Shown: positions 28,226 through 37,630, numbered from the stretch's first letter. The stretch: DNA of 64,000 nt from Patescibacteria group bacterium (GCA_041665145.1 JBAYJK010000002.1:232339-296338); one strand, 5' to 3'. Notes: generated from the sequence alone by a model not told the origin. Translations and numbers: made by a program.

Positions 28226-31200
28226 ATGAAAGCATTAAAAAAAGCTCGCGTACAGTTTCTGCTTGTACTCATTCTTTTTATTGCTACTACATTAATATAT
28301 GTAAAGCTTCAGCCGAAAAAATCAGCTGAAGCCGCCTGGTACAACGACAGTTGGCAGTATCGCCAAACATTTACTGCAACAAACGGAAGCGCCTACTCTG
28401 CAACAAATGTCCCTTATCGATTAATTTTTGACACCGCTTCCCCCATCGCTGCCAACAAAATGCTTGCATCAGGTAATGATATCCGCATCGTCAATTCAAA
28501 GGGTGCGGTCGTACGTTTTCAGGTCGAGCAAAGTACACTCAACACAACCCAAACCGGAATATGGTTTGAAGCAACCATACCGGCAAATACTTCTGCGGTT
28601 TACTACATTTATTATGGCAATAACCAAGCAAGCGCACCTTCGTTCACTTCCGATGTCAGTACTGTTTCCGGAAGCGGAACCACTGTCGAAATGAAAGACG
28701 GCTCGGGATACACCACAAGTACGAACGGCGGCCAAGTCTCGGACATACGTAAAAATGGAACCAACCTGGGAGTGAACGGAAACGCTCATCACACAACCAG
28801 TTATCCCGGAAACTGGTGGGATGACCGGCCCTTTACCCAGACACTTCTCGCTTCCGGTCCTTTGTTTGTCGAGGTTAAATACACCGATTCGACATATGGT
28901 AGCTACTCTGATTTCGGAACGAATATTAAAATGTTCAAAAACAATTTCGCAGAGGTTCGGGTGTATATGACCTACAACACGGCCGGTTCGGAACAACTGT
29001 ATTACTATCTCAATTTTGATAATGGAACCCGCAATTCAGTATGGGTAAACGGAAGCGAAGTAGTTGTTGACCAAGCACCAGATTCTGGTGGACTTACCCA
29101 AGCCAGTCTTGGAGATAGTTGGTTTGGACAACGCTGGACAGGTACAGGTGTATACGGAGGCACGATAATACGAAAGAATAACTCCGATTGGACCTCCGGT
29201 TTCACCAGTGCACAGAGTTCATACTACCAAACAAATTATTCCAACAATTCTGCCTATACCAACGGCTCGAGTCGTGAAATTCGCTACGGGATATTTGCAG
29301 GCGACGGAGGTTTGAGTGAAATGACACAAAAAGGAAGCAGTTACGGTGATCAGACCACCACTATAAACGGATCCGAAGAAAAGTCTGTTGCCCCAGTTGC
29401 CTATTGGAAATTTGACGAAGGAACGGGAGGAAACGCTCACGACTCGACAGCTAATAAAAATGACGGCACGACCGGCGGAACGTGGACCAACGAAGACCAG
29501 TGTATTAACGGAAAATGTCTATACTTTAACGGCACTGATGTCTCCGTACCCGATACAAACAGCACACTGGATTTAACTTCAAAGATGAGTTTCAGCTTTT
29601 GGTGGCGTCCCATGTCCCAACACACGGGATACGCATATCAACTTTTGAGCAAGTGGTCAACTACAACCGATGCCAATCTTGCGTTCTATTTTTTCGGAGA
29701 TTATAACGGTACCCTTCCCGCAAACAAGGGATTGATGCGCATTTACGCAACCGCCGGAGGAACATGGAAAGTAATCTCAGGTTCATACTTCGTAACAGAT
29801 GCCGATCTGGGTAAATGGATGCATGTATCGTTCAACTACGATACTGCAACTGGTGGGCAACTATACATTAACGGCTCTCCGGTGGGAGTCAGAACCGGTT
29901 CGGGTGACTTGACCACAAACAATTTGCCGTTCAGAATCGGTGGCTATATTCCTAAGGCGTATTTTGATGAAGTTAAGATTTATGGATACGAACGAACTGC
30001 TACACAAATCAAAACAGATTACCAACTTCGTGGTTCTTCCAAGAGCACCTCGGTAGCCATGGGTTCGAGCAAAAGTAACAACGATGCATTTTCAAACGGA
30101 TTGGTGGGATATTGGAAGATGGATGAAAACACCGGAACAACAGTAGCTGATACGTCAGGAAACGGCGGTACCATGACTTTCACTGGAAATGCCCCCTCGT
30201 GGGTTGTCGGAAAATATGGTTCAGCAATTCGATACAACGGAACTAACAGCCTCGCAACCGTACCAAATTCCACTCCTCTTAATATTACCGGTAACGCCAT
30301 TACACTTTCTGCCTGGGTATACTTGACCGCATATCCTGCTTCGTATGGCGTTATTTATCAAAAAGACGGATACGCTGACGGATATCGGATGATGATCGCG
30401 TCAACCGGACAAATATATTCGGACATGAAAGCGTCCGAAAGAAGTATGTCGTCAACAGGAACGGTACCACTCAATACATGGACACTCGTAAACGTTACAT
30501 ATGATGGGGCTAAAATGTATACGTACATCAATGGAGCTTCTGCAGGATCGCTGTCCGTTACGCCCGGCAACCTCACCGGAACCACGGCAAGCATAAGTTT
30601 TGGACTTACGGAATACCCTCCTATTACCGGATCGATTGATGAGGCGCGTGTTTATAATCGTGCACTCTCTGCATCGGAAGTATCGTCCCTCTACAATTTC
30701 GCTCCCGGTCCGGTCGGTTACTGGAATTTTGATGCAAAAACAGGGGCGACTGTTGCCGATCTGTCAGGAAACAATAACGTCGGTGCTTTCATCGACTCCC
30801 CTTCGTGGACTGTCGGAAAGTACGGCGGAGGGCTCAAACTTGATGGTTCAAATGACGGAATACAAATAGCTCAATCTAATTCGATGAAACCCGCCAAGAA
30901 GTTCACGGTGTCCGCATGGATAAACATTCCTTCCTATCGTGCAGCCGGAGAATACGGACCTATCATAGAAGGCGCCGGCAATCTTAATTCATGGACTGGC
31001 TACTATCTCGGATTTGATACAAGCGCCAATCTATGGTTTTACGCGGGAAATGGAACAGCGTGGACAAATACATCTACCCCACAAGCGAGCATACCATTAA
31101 ACTCGTGGCACTATGTAACCGGTGTTGTCGATGATAGCACTATTTCCATCTATGTTGACGGGATACTCAAGTCTACCTCTGCACATACTTTGACGGCGAT

Positions 31201-33469
31201 CAGTTATTCCGCCGACCCTATTCGAATCGGCAGGCTTGCGTATTGCTGCACAACTAATCATGATTTGACCGGCTCTGTCGACGAAGTCAAAATCTATGAT
31301 TATGCGCGTTCGTCGAAACAGATAATCGAAGATATGAATGCTGGCCATCCCGCCGGCGGGTCCCCTGTCGGGAGTCAAGCCCTATATTGGAAGCTCGATG
31401 AAGGGATAGATGATACTGCCCATAGCTCCGGTGCGACAACGGTTGATGGTACGCTTACTTGTACGGGAGGAACGTGTACAAATCCCACATGGACCAATAA
31501 CGGAAAATTCGGCAAAGCCGTGACTTTTTCTTCTTCAGGAACTGATCGGGCATACATTACTGCAGCCACAGTCAGCCCAGTGAATTTACCTGTCGCAGTA
31601 GGATCAAAAATAACTATTTCGACGTGGATGAATCCTCTCGCAACACAATCAGGTGGGGGTTGGTATGTACGTAATGGGACCGGTGTAGATGAAAACTATG
31701 CGCTACACCTATCTAATTCACCCACAAACGGGAATTACCCTGTCAGTATGGAATACTATGACGGAACATGGAGAAGTATCAGCACAACCGGTCAACATGT
31801 TCCCCAGGCAGTTTGGTCGCACGTTACGGTAGTATTGTCTCAGGGACAGTGGATGAAAGTATATGTGAATGGTGTGTTCAAAGAACAGGTTACCTGGGTT
31901 GGCTCACCTTCCGTACTTTCAACGTCGTCATTCAACATCGGTGGTCATGCAGGAACAACCGGTCAGTATTTTAACGGATCGCTCGACGAATTTAAGGTGT
32001 ATGGAACAGAGTTGACTGCCGACGAAATTAAACTGGATTATAACCGCGGGCAGACTATGGTTTTAGGCTCTGCATCAGTTAATTCTTCTGGTGTTGTCGA
32101 CAATTCTTCAGCCGGACAATACTGTGTGCCAGGAGACGCAACTTCCTGCCTTGGTCCTGTTGGTGAGTGGAATTTTGAGGAAGGTTCGGGAACAACGGCG
32201 AATGATTCCAGCGAAAATGACAATGTCGGCAATTTCACCAGTTCGCCGGTTCCTTCGTGGACAATTGGAAAAATAGGTAAATCTTTGCGATACAATACGG
32301 GGGGATACCTCTCGGTCACCGATGCCGCTCCCCTCCAGACAACTGCGGCAGTTACCCTTGAGGCCTGGGTGAATTTTGCCAACATTACGAGTTTTATGGG
32401 AATTACGGGTAAAGAGAAAACAGGAACGCCGGGAGCGCTGGCATATGGGATGCGAATGAATAATGTCGGAACCGTATTTGGCGACTTTTACATAAGTGGC
32501 GTACGCAAGACTTTCGGCACATTTACCGCTGCACCAAATACATGGTATCACGTGACCGTAACGTTTGACGGGACTAACTTGGCGCTTTACAAAAACGGCC
32601 AACTCTCCGGCAGTGTAATGAATGCTCCCGGAACAATTGATTCTACGGTTGGCGTACCGTTACTCATCGGAAGAGACGGCGGGTATGGTTCATTTACCGG
32701 CCATATTGATCAAGTTCGCATATTTAACTACGCCCGTACTCCTGCACAAATTGCTTGGGATTACAATCAGGGTAAACCAGCCGTTCAATGGAAATTCGAC
32801 GAATGCCAAGGTACTACGGCAAATGATTCGAGCGGAAACGGAAATACAGGAACCATCACGATCGGTGCAACAGTCCCTCAGTCTTCTGCCGGAACATGCA
32901 CGGATGGATTGGGAACTTCTGCGTGGAATAACGGTGCAACAGGAAAATATAATTCAAGTTTGCGGTTTGACGGCGTGGATGATTATATGTCAAAACCTAT
33001 GACCGTCTCTGCTTCAAATGGAACCATTTCATTCTGGATTAAAGATTTTGCGATCGGGGTGGGCACGTATCTCTTCAGATCAGATGCAAATGTCCGTACC
33101 TATATCGGAGCAAACAGCAGTACGATTTACTTTTTCAAAGGCAATCCGGCAGTCGTAGTTCCCACTACCCCTGCCCTCACGGTAGGCAGTTGGAACCATA
33201 TCGTATTACGGTGGTGGACAACGGGAGGGGTGCAGTATGCAGAAGCTTATGCGAACGGAAAATCTACAGGGGCTCCCGTAACGTTTCTCGACTCAACCGT
33301 CGGCACATATGTTACCGTCGGCGGATTCGGACCGACAGGTACGCAAAATGCCGCAGGACAGTTTGATGATATACAAGTGTTTAACTACGCGCTGACCACG
33401 CAACAAATAAAGAATCTGTATAACCAAAATTCCGCAATACGTTTTGGTCCAGCAAGTGGAATGCCGTAG
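28226..33469 (+). CDS. 1747-aa membrane-anchored DUF2341 + 6x LamG (concanavalin A-like lectin) repeat protein
   Basis: N-terminal TM (FLLVLILFIATTLIYV) followed by a DUF2341-like start (WQYRQTFTATN…GNDIRIV…IWFEATIPANTSAVYYIYYGN). Six modules follow. Each opens with (V/G)YWKFDEGTG-type motifs and closes with IDE(V/A)(K/R)(I/V)Y…A..(Q/E)I motifs. Confidence 0.85.
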   Translation: MKALKKARVQFLLVLILFIATTLIYVKLQPKKSAEAAWYNDSWQYRQTFTATNGSAYSATNVPYRLIFDTASPIAANKMLASGNDIRIVNSKGAVVRFQVEQSTLNTTQTGIWFEATIPANTSAVYYIYYGNNQASAPSFTSDVSTVSGSGTTVEMKDGSGYTTSTNGGQVSDIRKNGTNLGVNGNAHHTTSYPGNWWDDRPFTQTLLASGPLFVEVKYTDSTYGSYSDFGTNIKMFKNNFAEVRVYMTYNTAGSEQLYYYLNFDNGTRNSVWVNGSEVVVDQAPDSGGLTQASLGDSWFGQRWTGTGVYGGTIIRKNNSDWTSGFTSAQSSYYQTNYSNNSAYTNGSSREIRYGIFAGDGGLSEMTQKGSSYGDQTTTINGSEEKSVAPVAYWKFDEGTGGNAHDSTANKNDGTTGGTWTNEDQCINGKCLYFNGTDVSVPDTNSTLDLTSKMSFSFWWRPMSQHTGYAYQLLSKWSTTTDANLAFYFFGDYNGTLPANKGLMRIYATAGGTWKVISGSYFVTDADLGKWMHVSFNYDTATGGQLYINGSPVGVRTGSGDLTTNNLPFRIGGYIPKAYFDEVKIYGYERTATQIKTDYQLRGSSKSTSVAMGSSKSNNDAFSNGLVGYWKMDENTGTTVADTSGNGGTMTFTGNAPSWVVGKYGSAIRYNGTNSLATVPNSTPLNITGNAITLSAWVYLTAYPASYGVIYQKDGYADGYRMMIASTGQIYSDMKASERSMSSTGTVPLNTWTLVNVTYDGAKMYTYINGASAGSLSVTPGNLTGTTASISFGLTEYPPITGSIDEARVYNRALSASEVSSLYNFAPGPVGYWNFDAKTGATVADLSGNNNVGAFIDSPSWTVGKYGGGLKLDGSNDGIQIAQSNSMKPAKKFTVSAWINIPSYRAAGEYGPIIEGAGNLNSWTGYYLGFDTSANLWFYAGNGTAWTNTSTPQASIPLNSWHYVTGVVDDSTISIYVDGILKSTSAHTLTAISYSADPIRIGRLAYCCTTNHDLTGSVDEVKIYDYARSSKQIIEDMNAGHPAGGSPVGSQALYWKLDEGIDDTAHSSGATTVDGTLTCTGGTCTNPTWTNNGKFGKAVTFSSSGTDRAYITAATVSPVNLPVAVGSKITISTWMNPLATQSGGGWYVRNGTGVDENYALHLSNSPTNGNYPVSMEYYDGTWRSISTTGQHVPQAVWSHVTVVLSQGQWMKVYVNGVFKEQVTWVGSPSVLSTSSFNIGGHAGTTGQYFNGSLDEFKVYGTELTADEIKLDYNRGQTMVLGSASVNSSGVVDNSSAGQYCVPGDATSCLGPVGEWNFEEGSGTTANDSSENDNVGNFTSSPVPSWTIGKIGKSLRYNTGGYLSVTDAAPLQTTAAVTLEAWVNFANITSFMGITGKEKTGTPGALAYGMRMNNVGTVFGDFYISGVRKTFGTFTAAPNTWYHVTVTFDGTNLALYKNGQLSGSVMNAPGTIDSTVGVPLLIGRDGGYGSFTGHIDQVRIFNYARTPAQIAWDYNQGKPAVQWKFDECQGTTANDSSGNGNTGTITIGATVPQSSAGTCTDGLGTSAWNNGATGKYNSSLRFDGVDDYMSKPMTVSASNGTISFWIKDFAIGVGTYLFRSDANVRTYIGANSSTIYFFKGNPAVVVPTTPALTVGSWNHIVLRWWTTGGVQYAEAYANGKSTGAPVTFLDSTVGTYVTVGGFGPTGTQNAAGQFDDIQVFNYALTTQQIKNLYNQNSAIRFGPASGMP

Positions 33470-33472
33470 TTT

Positions 33473-33500
33473 GTAAGGGCGCGGCGTGACGCGCCCGTCT
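33473..33500. repeat. REP-like hairpin R1 just after the LamG stop
   Basis: GTAA-GGGCGCG-gcgtga-CGCGCCC-GTCT, a 7-bp GC stem with a 6-nt loop. It lies 4 nt after the stop at 33469 and upstream of the rayT-like ATG at 33510. Confidence 0.6.
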
Positions 33501-33509
33501 TGCACAAAT

Positions 33510-34163
33510 ATGCATAACCGTCAATCAATCAGATTGAAAAATTACGATTATTCGCAATCAGGTTTGTATTTTATAACCATATGCACACAAAACAGAGAAA
33601 ATATATTTGGCAACATTGTAGGGGCGGACCCACGTGTCCGCCCGATATCAAACCCATGTGTCCGCCCAATATTAAAACCTGTCCGCCCAACATCAAATGC
33701 ACACATCGACACAATACGTATGACATTAAATAAATACGGGAATATTGTTGAAAAATGGTTAAATAAAATTCCTCATAAATTCCATGTTGTTATGGATAAA
33801 TGCCAAATTATGCCCAATCATATTCATATGATAATCAATATTATTTCTGACGATGGTTTGATCCAGAATTTATATTCAGGGCAGACACAAGGGTCTGCCC
33901 CTACATCAACGCCACCCACAACAATCGGCACAATAATCCAATGGTTCAAAACCATGGTAACGAATGAATATATCCAAAATGTACATAATAAGAATTGGAA
34001 ACCATTTGAAGGACGGTTGTTTCAACGCAATTATTATGAACACATTATCCGTTCTGATAATGATTTATGCAAAACACGCGAATACATCATGAATAATCCT
34101 GCCTTATGGTACCGTGATCGAAATAATCCAGAAAAAACAAACAACAATATTCTGTTACAATAA
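33510..34163 (+). CDS. IS200/IS605-family Y1 HUH transposase-like protein, RayT (REP-associated tyrosine transposase) type
   Basis: N-terminus RLKNYDYSQSGLYFITICTQNRENIFG, the HUH motif as HIHMI, and a catalytic-Tyr region QRNYYEHIIRSDNDL…YIMNNPALW. I prefer the ATG at 33510 to the track's GTG at 33486. No terminal inverted repeats or tnpB partner were seen. Confidence 0.8.
   Translation: MHNRQSIRLKNYDYSQSGLYFITICTQNRENIFGNIVGADPRVRPISNPCVRPILKPVRPTSNAHIDTIRMTLNKYGNIVEKWLNKIPHKFHVVMDKCQIMPNHIHMIINIISDDGLIQNLYSGQTQGSAPTSTPPTTIGTIIQWFKTMVTNEYIQNVHNKNWKPFEGRLFQRNYYEHIIRSDNDLCKTREYIMNNPALWYRDRNNPEKTNNNILLQ
33618..33690 (+). repeat. REP-like hairpin R2 plus two extra tandem half-sites, translated inside rayT
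   Basis: GTAG-GGGCGGAC-ccacgt-GTCCGCCC (33618-33643). GTGTCCGCCC recurs at 33658-33667 and GTCCGCCC at 33681-33688, about 23 nt apart. The region encodes VGADPRVRPISNPCVRPILKPVRP. Confidence 0.7.
33879..33904 (-). repeat. REP-like hairpin R3 translated inside rayT
   Basis: GGGCAGAC-acaagg-GTCTGCCC-CTAC, which puts GTAG on the minus strand. It encodes GQTQGSAPT. Confidence 0.65.
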
Positions 34164-34167
34164 AAAT

Positions 34168-34518
34168 ATGCAGAATATAAAAGTCATGCTCCTTTCAGCA
34201 GTAACTGTTTTTTTCCTGCTTTTTGCCATATCTGCAAAACCTGTAACTCTTGCCGTCCCCGGTCAGCTTATTTACGATGTCAATACACCCGCTATTGATA
34301 ACTCGCTCTGCAACGAGACAATCGCAAACTGCAAAAAAGAAACTGAAGCAACGTATTCACTTTATAACACCTGCGTGAGCCAAAAAGCCCAAACTGAAAA
34401 AATCAATACATTACTTGGGTTGCTTCTCGGCGCTGTTATACTAGCCTTGCTACTTATCACCGGAATAGCCCTGTTTGTTCTGAGAAAAAGACCTGCACCT
34501 CAACAAACTACGTCTTGA
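34168..34518 (+). CDS. small type-I membrane protein (signal peptide, Cys-containing ectodomain, C-terminal TM)
   Basis: MQNIKVMLLSAVTVFFLLFAISA leader, 3 Cys in the ectodomain, then the TM LLGLLLGAVILALLLITGIALFVL followed by RKR. I prefer the start at 34168 to the track start at 34114, which overlaps rayT. Confidence 0.55.
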   Translation: MQNIKVMLLSAVTVFFLLFAISAKPVTLAVPGQLIYDVNTPAIDNSLCNETIANCKKETEATYSLYNTCVSQKAQTEKINTLLGLLLGAVILALLLITGIALFVLRKRPAPQQTTS

Positions 34519-34548
34519 CAATTTCTTCAGATCTACTATTCTTAATAT

Positions 34549-36762
34549 ATGAGTCCAAAAAAAACTCTCAAAAATTATGGTCATGCAATTCCACGGTTTC
34601 TGGTAGCTTCATTTACGTTTCTCGGTTTAGCCCTTGCAGCAACGTTTTCGTATCAGATCATTCGTCAGGGAATTAAAGAGGCAACAGCCGTTCCCGGTGC
34701 CATTCAATTCGGAACAACGGGCGCAAACCCCACTCCGGCATTTCTCCGCTCGGGAAATGTGACGACTTTTTATGACACCACCTATTATTCTGCTCCTATT
34801 ATTGCTGGTGGCGGATCAAGTTCAAATTGGGCAGCAATTAATGCACCAGGAATACAGACAAGCAGCTATGTCTATTCATATGGGCCATTATGTACGAACA
34901 ATGCATCCGCAAGTTGTAATATGAGCGGAGGAGTCGGTATGTATCCGGGAGCCTTTCAGGGGACTCCAGGAGTAGCCATTGCCGGAACCGGCACAAGTTA
35001 TTTCAATGCCGGTAACGTGGGAATCGGAACAACGAACCCCTCTGGAAAGCTTGAGATATATAATGCCAGCGGGTGGTCTCCGGAAAACTCTAATCCCACT
35101 CCATTGGGTGGTTTGATCATAAAAAATTCAGCAAGTACGGCTCTGGTTATGGGTATCCAGCAGGGAACACCATACAACGGGTGGATACAGGTACGGCACG
35201 GTACCGTCGCAGGCAATTCATATCCATTATCGCTGCAACCGATCGGTGGCAATGTAGGAATTGGAATATCAGACCCCAAGGCAGTATTACATACCAGTCT
35301 CAGTGCATCAGGTCTTGTTCCCATGCTCTATTCACACAACACACTTCCGCAGTTTCCCCGGACCTTGCAAAACGTATCTGCTTCGATCACCACGAATGAT
35401 ACGACTGTCGCAACCGGACCTGTTATAGGGTTAAATCTTGAGAATTCTTCCATCACAAACGGGACATACTCTCCCCTCATAACTTTTTCAAGACGATCAG
35501 CTTCAAATAGTTACAACACTATATATGCATCGATCGGAGGTTATGCTGTCGGCAGTGGCGGAGATACGAATTGGACTTCTGGCGATCTGACTTTCGGAAC
35601 TGCACAGAGCAACGGTTACGGTCCGCTTGAAAGAATGAGAATTTCAGCGAGCGGCAATGTGGGTATCAATACAGCCAGTCCTCTTGCAAAACTTGATGTT
35701 GTAGGTATGACGTGGGTTCGGGATTCTGTAAGCACGGGAGCAACAGCTATCGTACAAGGTTATAATAGTGGAGCACTTTTCGCGAGTATGACTTCTGGTT
35801 ACCCCGTATTCATCGGAGGATCGAATAATTTCTATGCATTAACGGTCATGAATAGTGTCGGAAACAGCAATGTGGGAATCGGTACAACTGGCCCTACTCA
35901 AAAACTTGATGTAGCCGGAAATGTGCAGGTAACTGGTAATATAGTATCCATACCAACCAATGCATCTTTAGTTACGGACGCGCATGTAACTGTGCCCCGT
36001 ACAACTGCGGGATTTAATCAAATTTTTAACAAATATAACGCAGCGGGCGCATTTATTTTCAGAAGAGTACCTAACGCAGGAAGCACATCAGGTTATAATG
36101 ATTTGTTAAACATCGATAATGCAGGAACTGTTGTGTTCAACGGAGCATATTCAGCCGTCGGTTCTGGTACAAGCCAAATTTATTGGACACCAGGCGAGGG
36201 TCTCACGTTCAGAATGAATGCAAATAATGGAACCAACGTGCATATGGAAAATTTGAACGGAGTATGGAGACTTATAAATAGCCCATGGAACTTAGAAATG
36301 GCCAAAGTGAGTCAGACAGGAGATTTGACCATCGGTTCTCAAGGATACAAGCCAGGTGGTGGTAGTTGGGCTGCTTCATCTGATAGAAGAGTTAAAAGAG
36401 ACATAAATTCGTTTACTGACGGATTAAGTGTATTAGAAAAAATTAACCCAGTAAACTATACGTACAATGGACTTGCGGGTAACCCTGCAGGTTACAAAAG
36501 CATTGGTGTTATTGCCCAAGACATTCAACCGGTAGCTCCCTACACTGTTTCCAGTAAAATGGTTAAGCTCAATCCAACAGACAAAGATCTTACAAAAGTT
36601 CTCTATTTTGACCCAAGCGCACTGACATACATTAACATTAACGCAACAAAAGAATTAAACAAGAAGGTTGAAGATCTTACTATCAAACTTGATGCGCAAC
36701 AGAAAGAAATCGATGAACTCAAAAAGATTGTTAAAGACCTCCAGGAAAAGATTGGCAAGTAA
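34549..36762 (+). CDS. tail-fibre-like protein with C-terminal Peptidase_S74 intramolecular chaperone domain, N-terminal TM anchor
   Basis: 737 aa with an N-terminal TM (FLVASFTFLGLALAATF). Four GNVGIGT…KL(E/D)(I/V) motifs are like those in the giant protein. The S74 signature is SSDRRVKRDINSF…INPVNYTYN…IGVIAQDIQPVAPYTV, followed by a coiled coil (KELNKKVEDLTIKLDAQQKEIDELKK). Confidence 0.85.
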   Translation: MSPKKTLKNYGHAIPRFLVASFTFLGLALAATFSYQIIRQGIKEATAVPGAIQFGTTGANPTPAFLRSGNVTTFYDTTYYSAPIIAGGGSSSNWAAINAPGIQTSSYVYSYGPLCTNNASASCNMSGGVGMYPGAFQGTPGVAIAGTGTSYFNAGNVGIGTTNPSGKLEIYNASGWSPENSNPTPLGGLIIKNSASTALVMGIQQGTPYNGWIQVRHGTVAGNSYPLSLQPIGGNVGIGISDPKAVLHTSLSASGLVPMLYSHNTLPQFPRTLQNVSASITTNDTTVATGPVIGLNLENSSITNGTYSPLITFSRRSASNSYNTIYASIGGYAVGSGGDTNWTSGDLTFGTAQSNGYGPLERMRISASGNVGINTASPLAKLDVVGMTWVRDSVSTGATAIVQGYNSGALFASMTSGYPVFIGGSNNFYALTVMNSVGNSNVGIGTTGPTQKLDVAGNVQVTGNIVSIPTNASLVTDAHVTVPRTTAGFNQIFNKYNAAGAFIFRRVPNAGSTSGYNDLLNIDNAGTVVFNGAYSAVGSGTSQIYWTPGEGLTFRMNANNGTNVHMENLNGVWRLINSPWNLEMAKVSQTGDLTIGSQGYKPGGGSWAASSDRRVKRDINSFTDGLSVLEKINPVNYTYNGLAGNPAGYKSIGVIAQDIQPVAPYTVSSKMVKLNPTDKDLTKVLYFDPSALTYININATKELNKKVEDLTIKLDAQQKEIDELKKIVKDLQEKIGK

Positions 36763-36778
36763 AACTCTTGAGGCTATA

Positions 36779-37627
36779 ATGATAAATACTCGCAAATATT
36801 TCGTAGTTGATGTGGCGTTACTTGCTCTTGGAGCGTGCGTCACACTTGGGTGGCTATATTGGAAACGCAACCTTCCTCCCCCGACCCTGCCGAAAGACAC
36901 TCTTCCCCCCTTTGTTAAAAAACTTCCCAATACGGTATCTTCGATTTCCGGAAAAATAGCGAAGATTGAAAATAACTCCATAGATGTAGTTGTCAGCATT
37001 CCTCGCGTAAGCCCTACTTCAATCACTACCACCCCGGTACTTGAAGCCTCCTTTAAGATTATGGTGTCGAAGTCTACCCAAATATTATTACAGATTCCAC
37101 CTATTCCCTATCTTTACAAGGAGCCTGTCAATACCAAAAAGAGCGTAAACCTGAAAGATTTGCATGTCGGTCAATATGTCTCCATACAAACAACCGGTGA
37201 TGTGCGTTCACTCAAATCCGATAAGGTAGACGCAATATCTATACAGGTAACTATTTCAAACGCTATTGAAGGAACGGTTTTAGAAGTTACCAATGGATCT
37301 GTGATCAAACTGAGCGCTCTGCCGCCAGCACCGTTATATACATTTAACACTATGAATCAACAGCAAGCCAAAGTCGAATACCTCCTTACCATCACCAAAG
37401 ATACTGAAATTTCGTATTACGGTGAGAAGGACGGGATGGTGAAAAATAAGATGCGACTGACCCCCAGTCAGCTGAAAACCGGCATGCAGATTAAAGTTTA
37501 CACCGACGCTGATCTGCAATTTGCAAAGACAGGTAACACGTTACGGATAGAGCCGATGAATGTAATGCCTACCGGCGGTACAACTGACAATCCCACGTTC
37601 ATACTCCCCACGCTCGGAGCACAATAA
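36779..37627 (+). CDS. putative lipoprotein, function unknown
   Basis: Start at MINTRKYFVVDVALLALGAC, where the lipobox-like L-G-A-C follows a hydrophobic leader. I prefer 36779 to the track start at 36668, which overlaps the upstream gene. Confidence 0.5.
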   Translation: MINTRKYFVVDVALLALGACVTLGWLYWKRNLPPPTLPKDTLPPFVKKLPNTVSSISGKIAKIENNSIDVVVSIPRVSPTSITTTPVLEASFKIMVSKSTQILLQIPPIPYLYKEPVNTKKSVNLKDLHVGQYVSIQTTGDVRSLKSDKVDAISIQVTISNAIEGTVLEVTNGSVIKLSALPPAPLYTFNTMNQQQAKVEYLLTITKDTEISYYGEKDGMVKNKMRLTPSQLKTGMQIKVYTDADLQFAKTGNTLRIEPMNVMPTGGTTDNPTFILPTLGAQ

Positions 37628-37630
37628 AAT

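Noticed and set aside
14654-37627. A prophage or tailocin interpretation, based on tail-fibre domains, integrase-like domains and a transposase.
   Set aside because: No capsid, portal, terminase, sheath/tube, baseplate or lysis genes are present, and there is no recombinase catalytic domain. The fibre proteins have N-terminal TM anchors. Only the full genome context could revive this idea.
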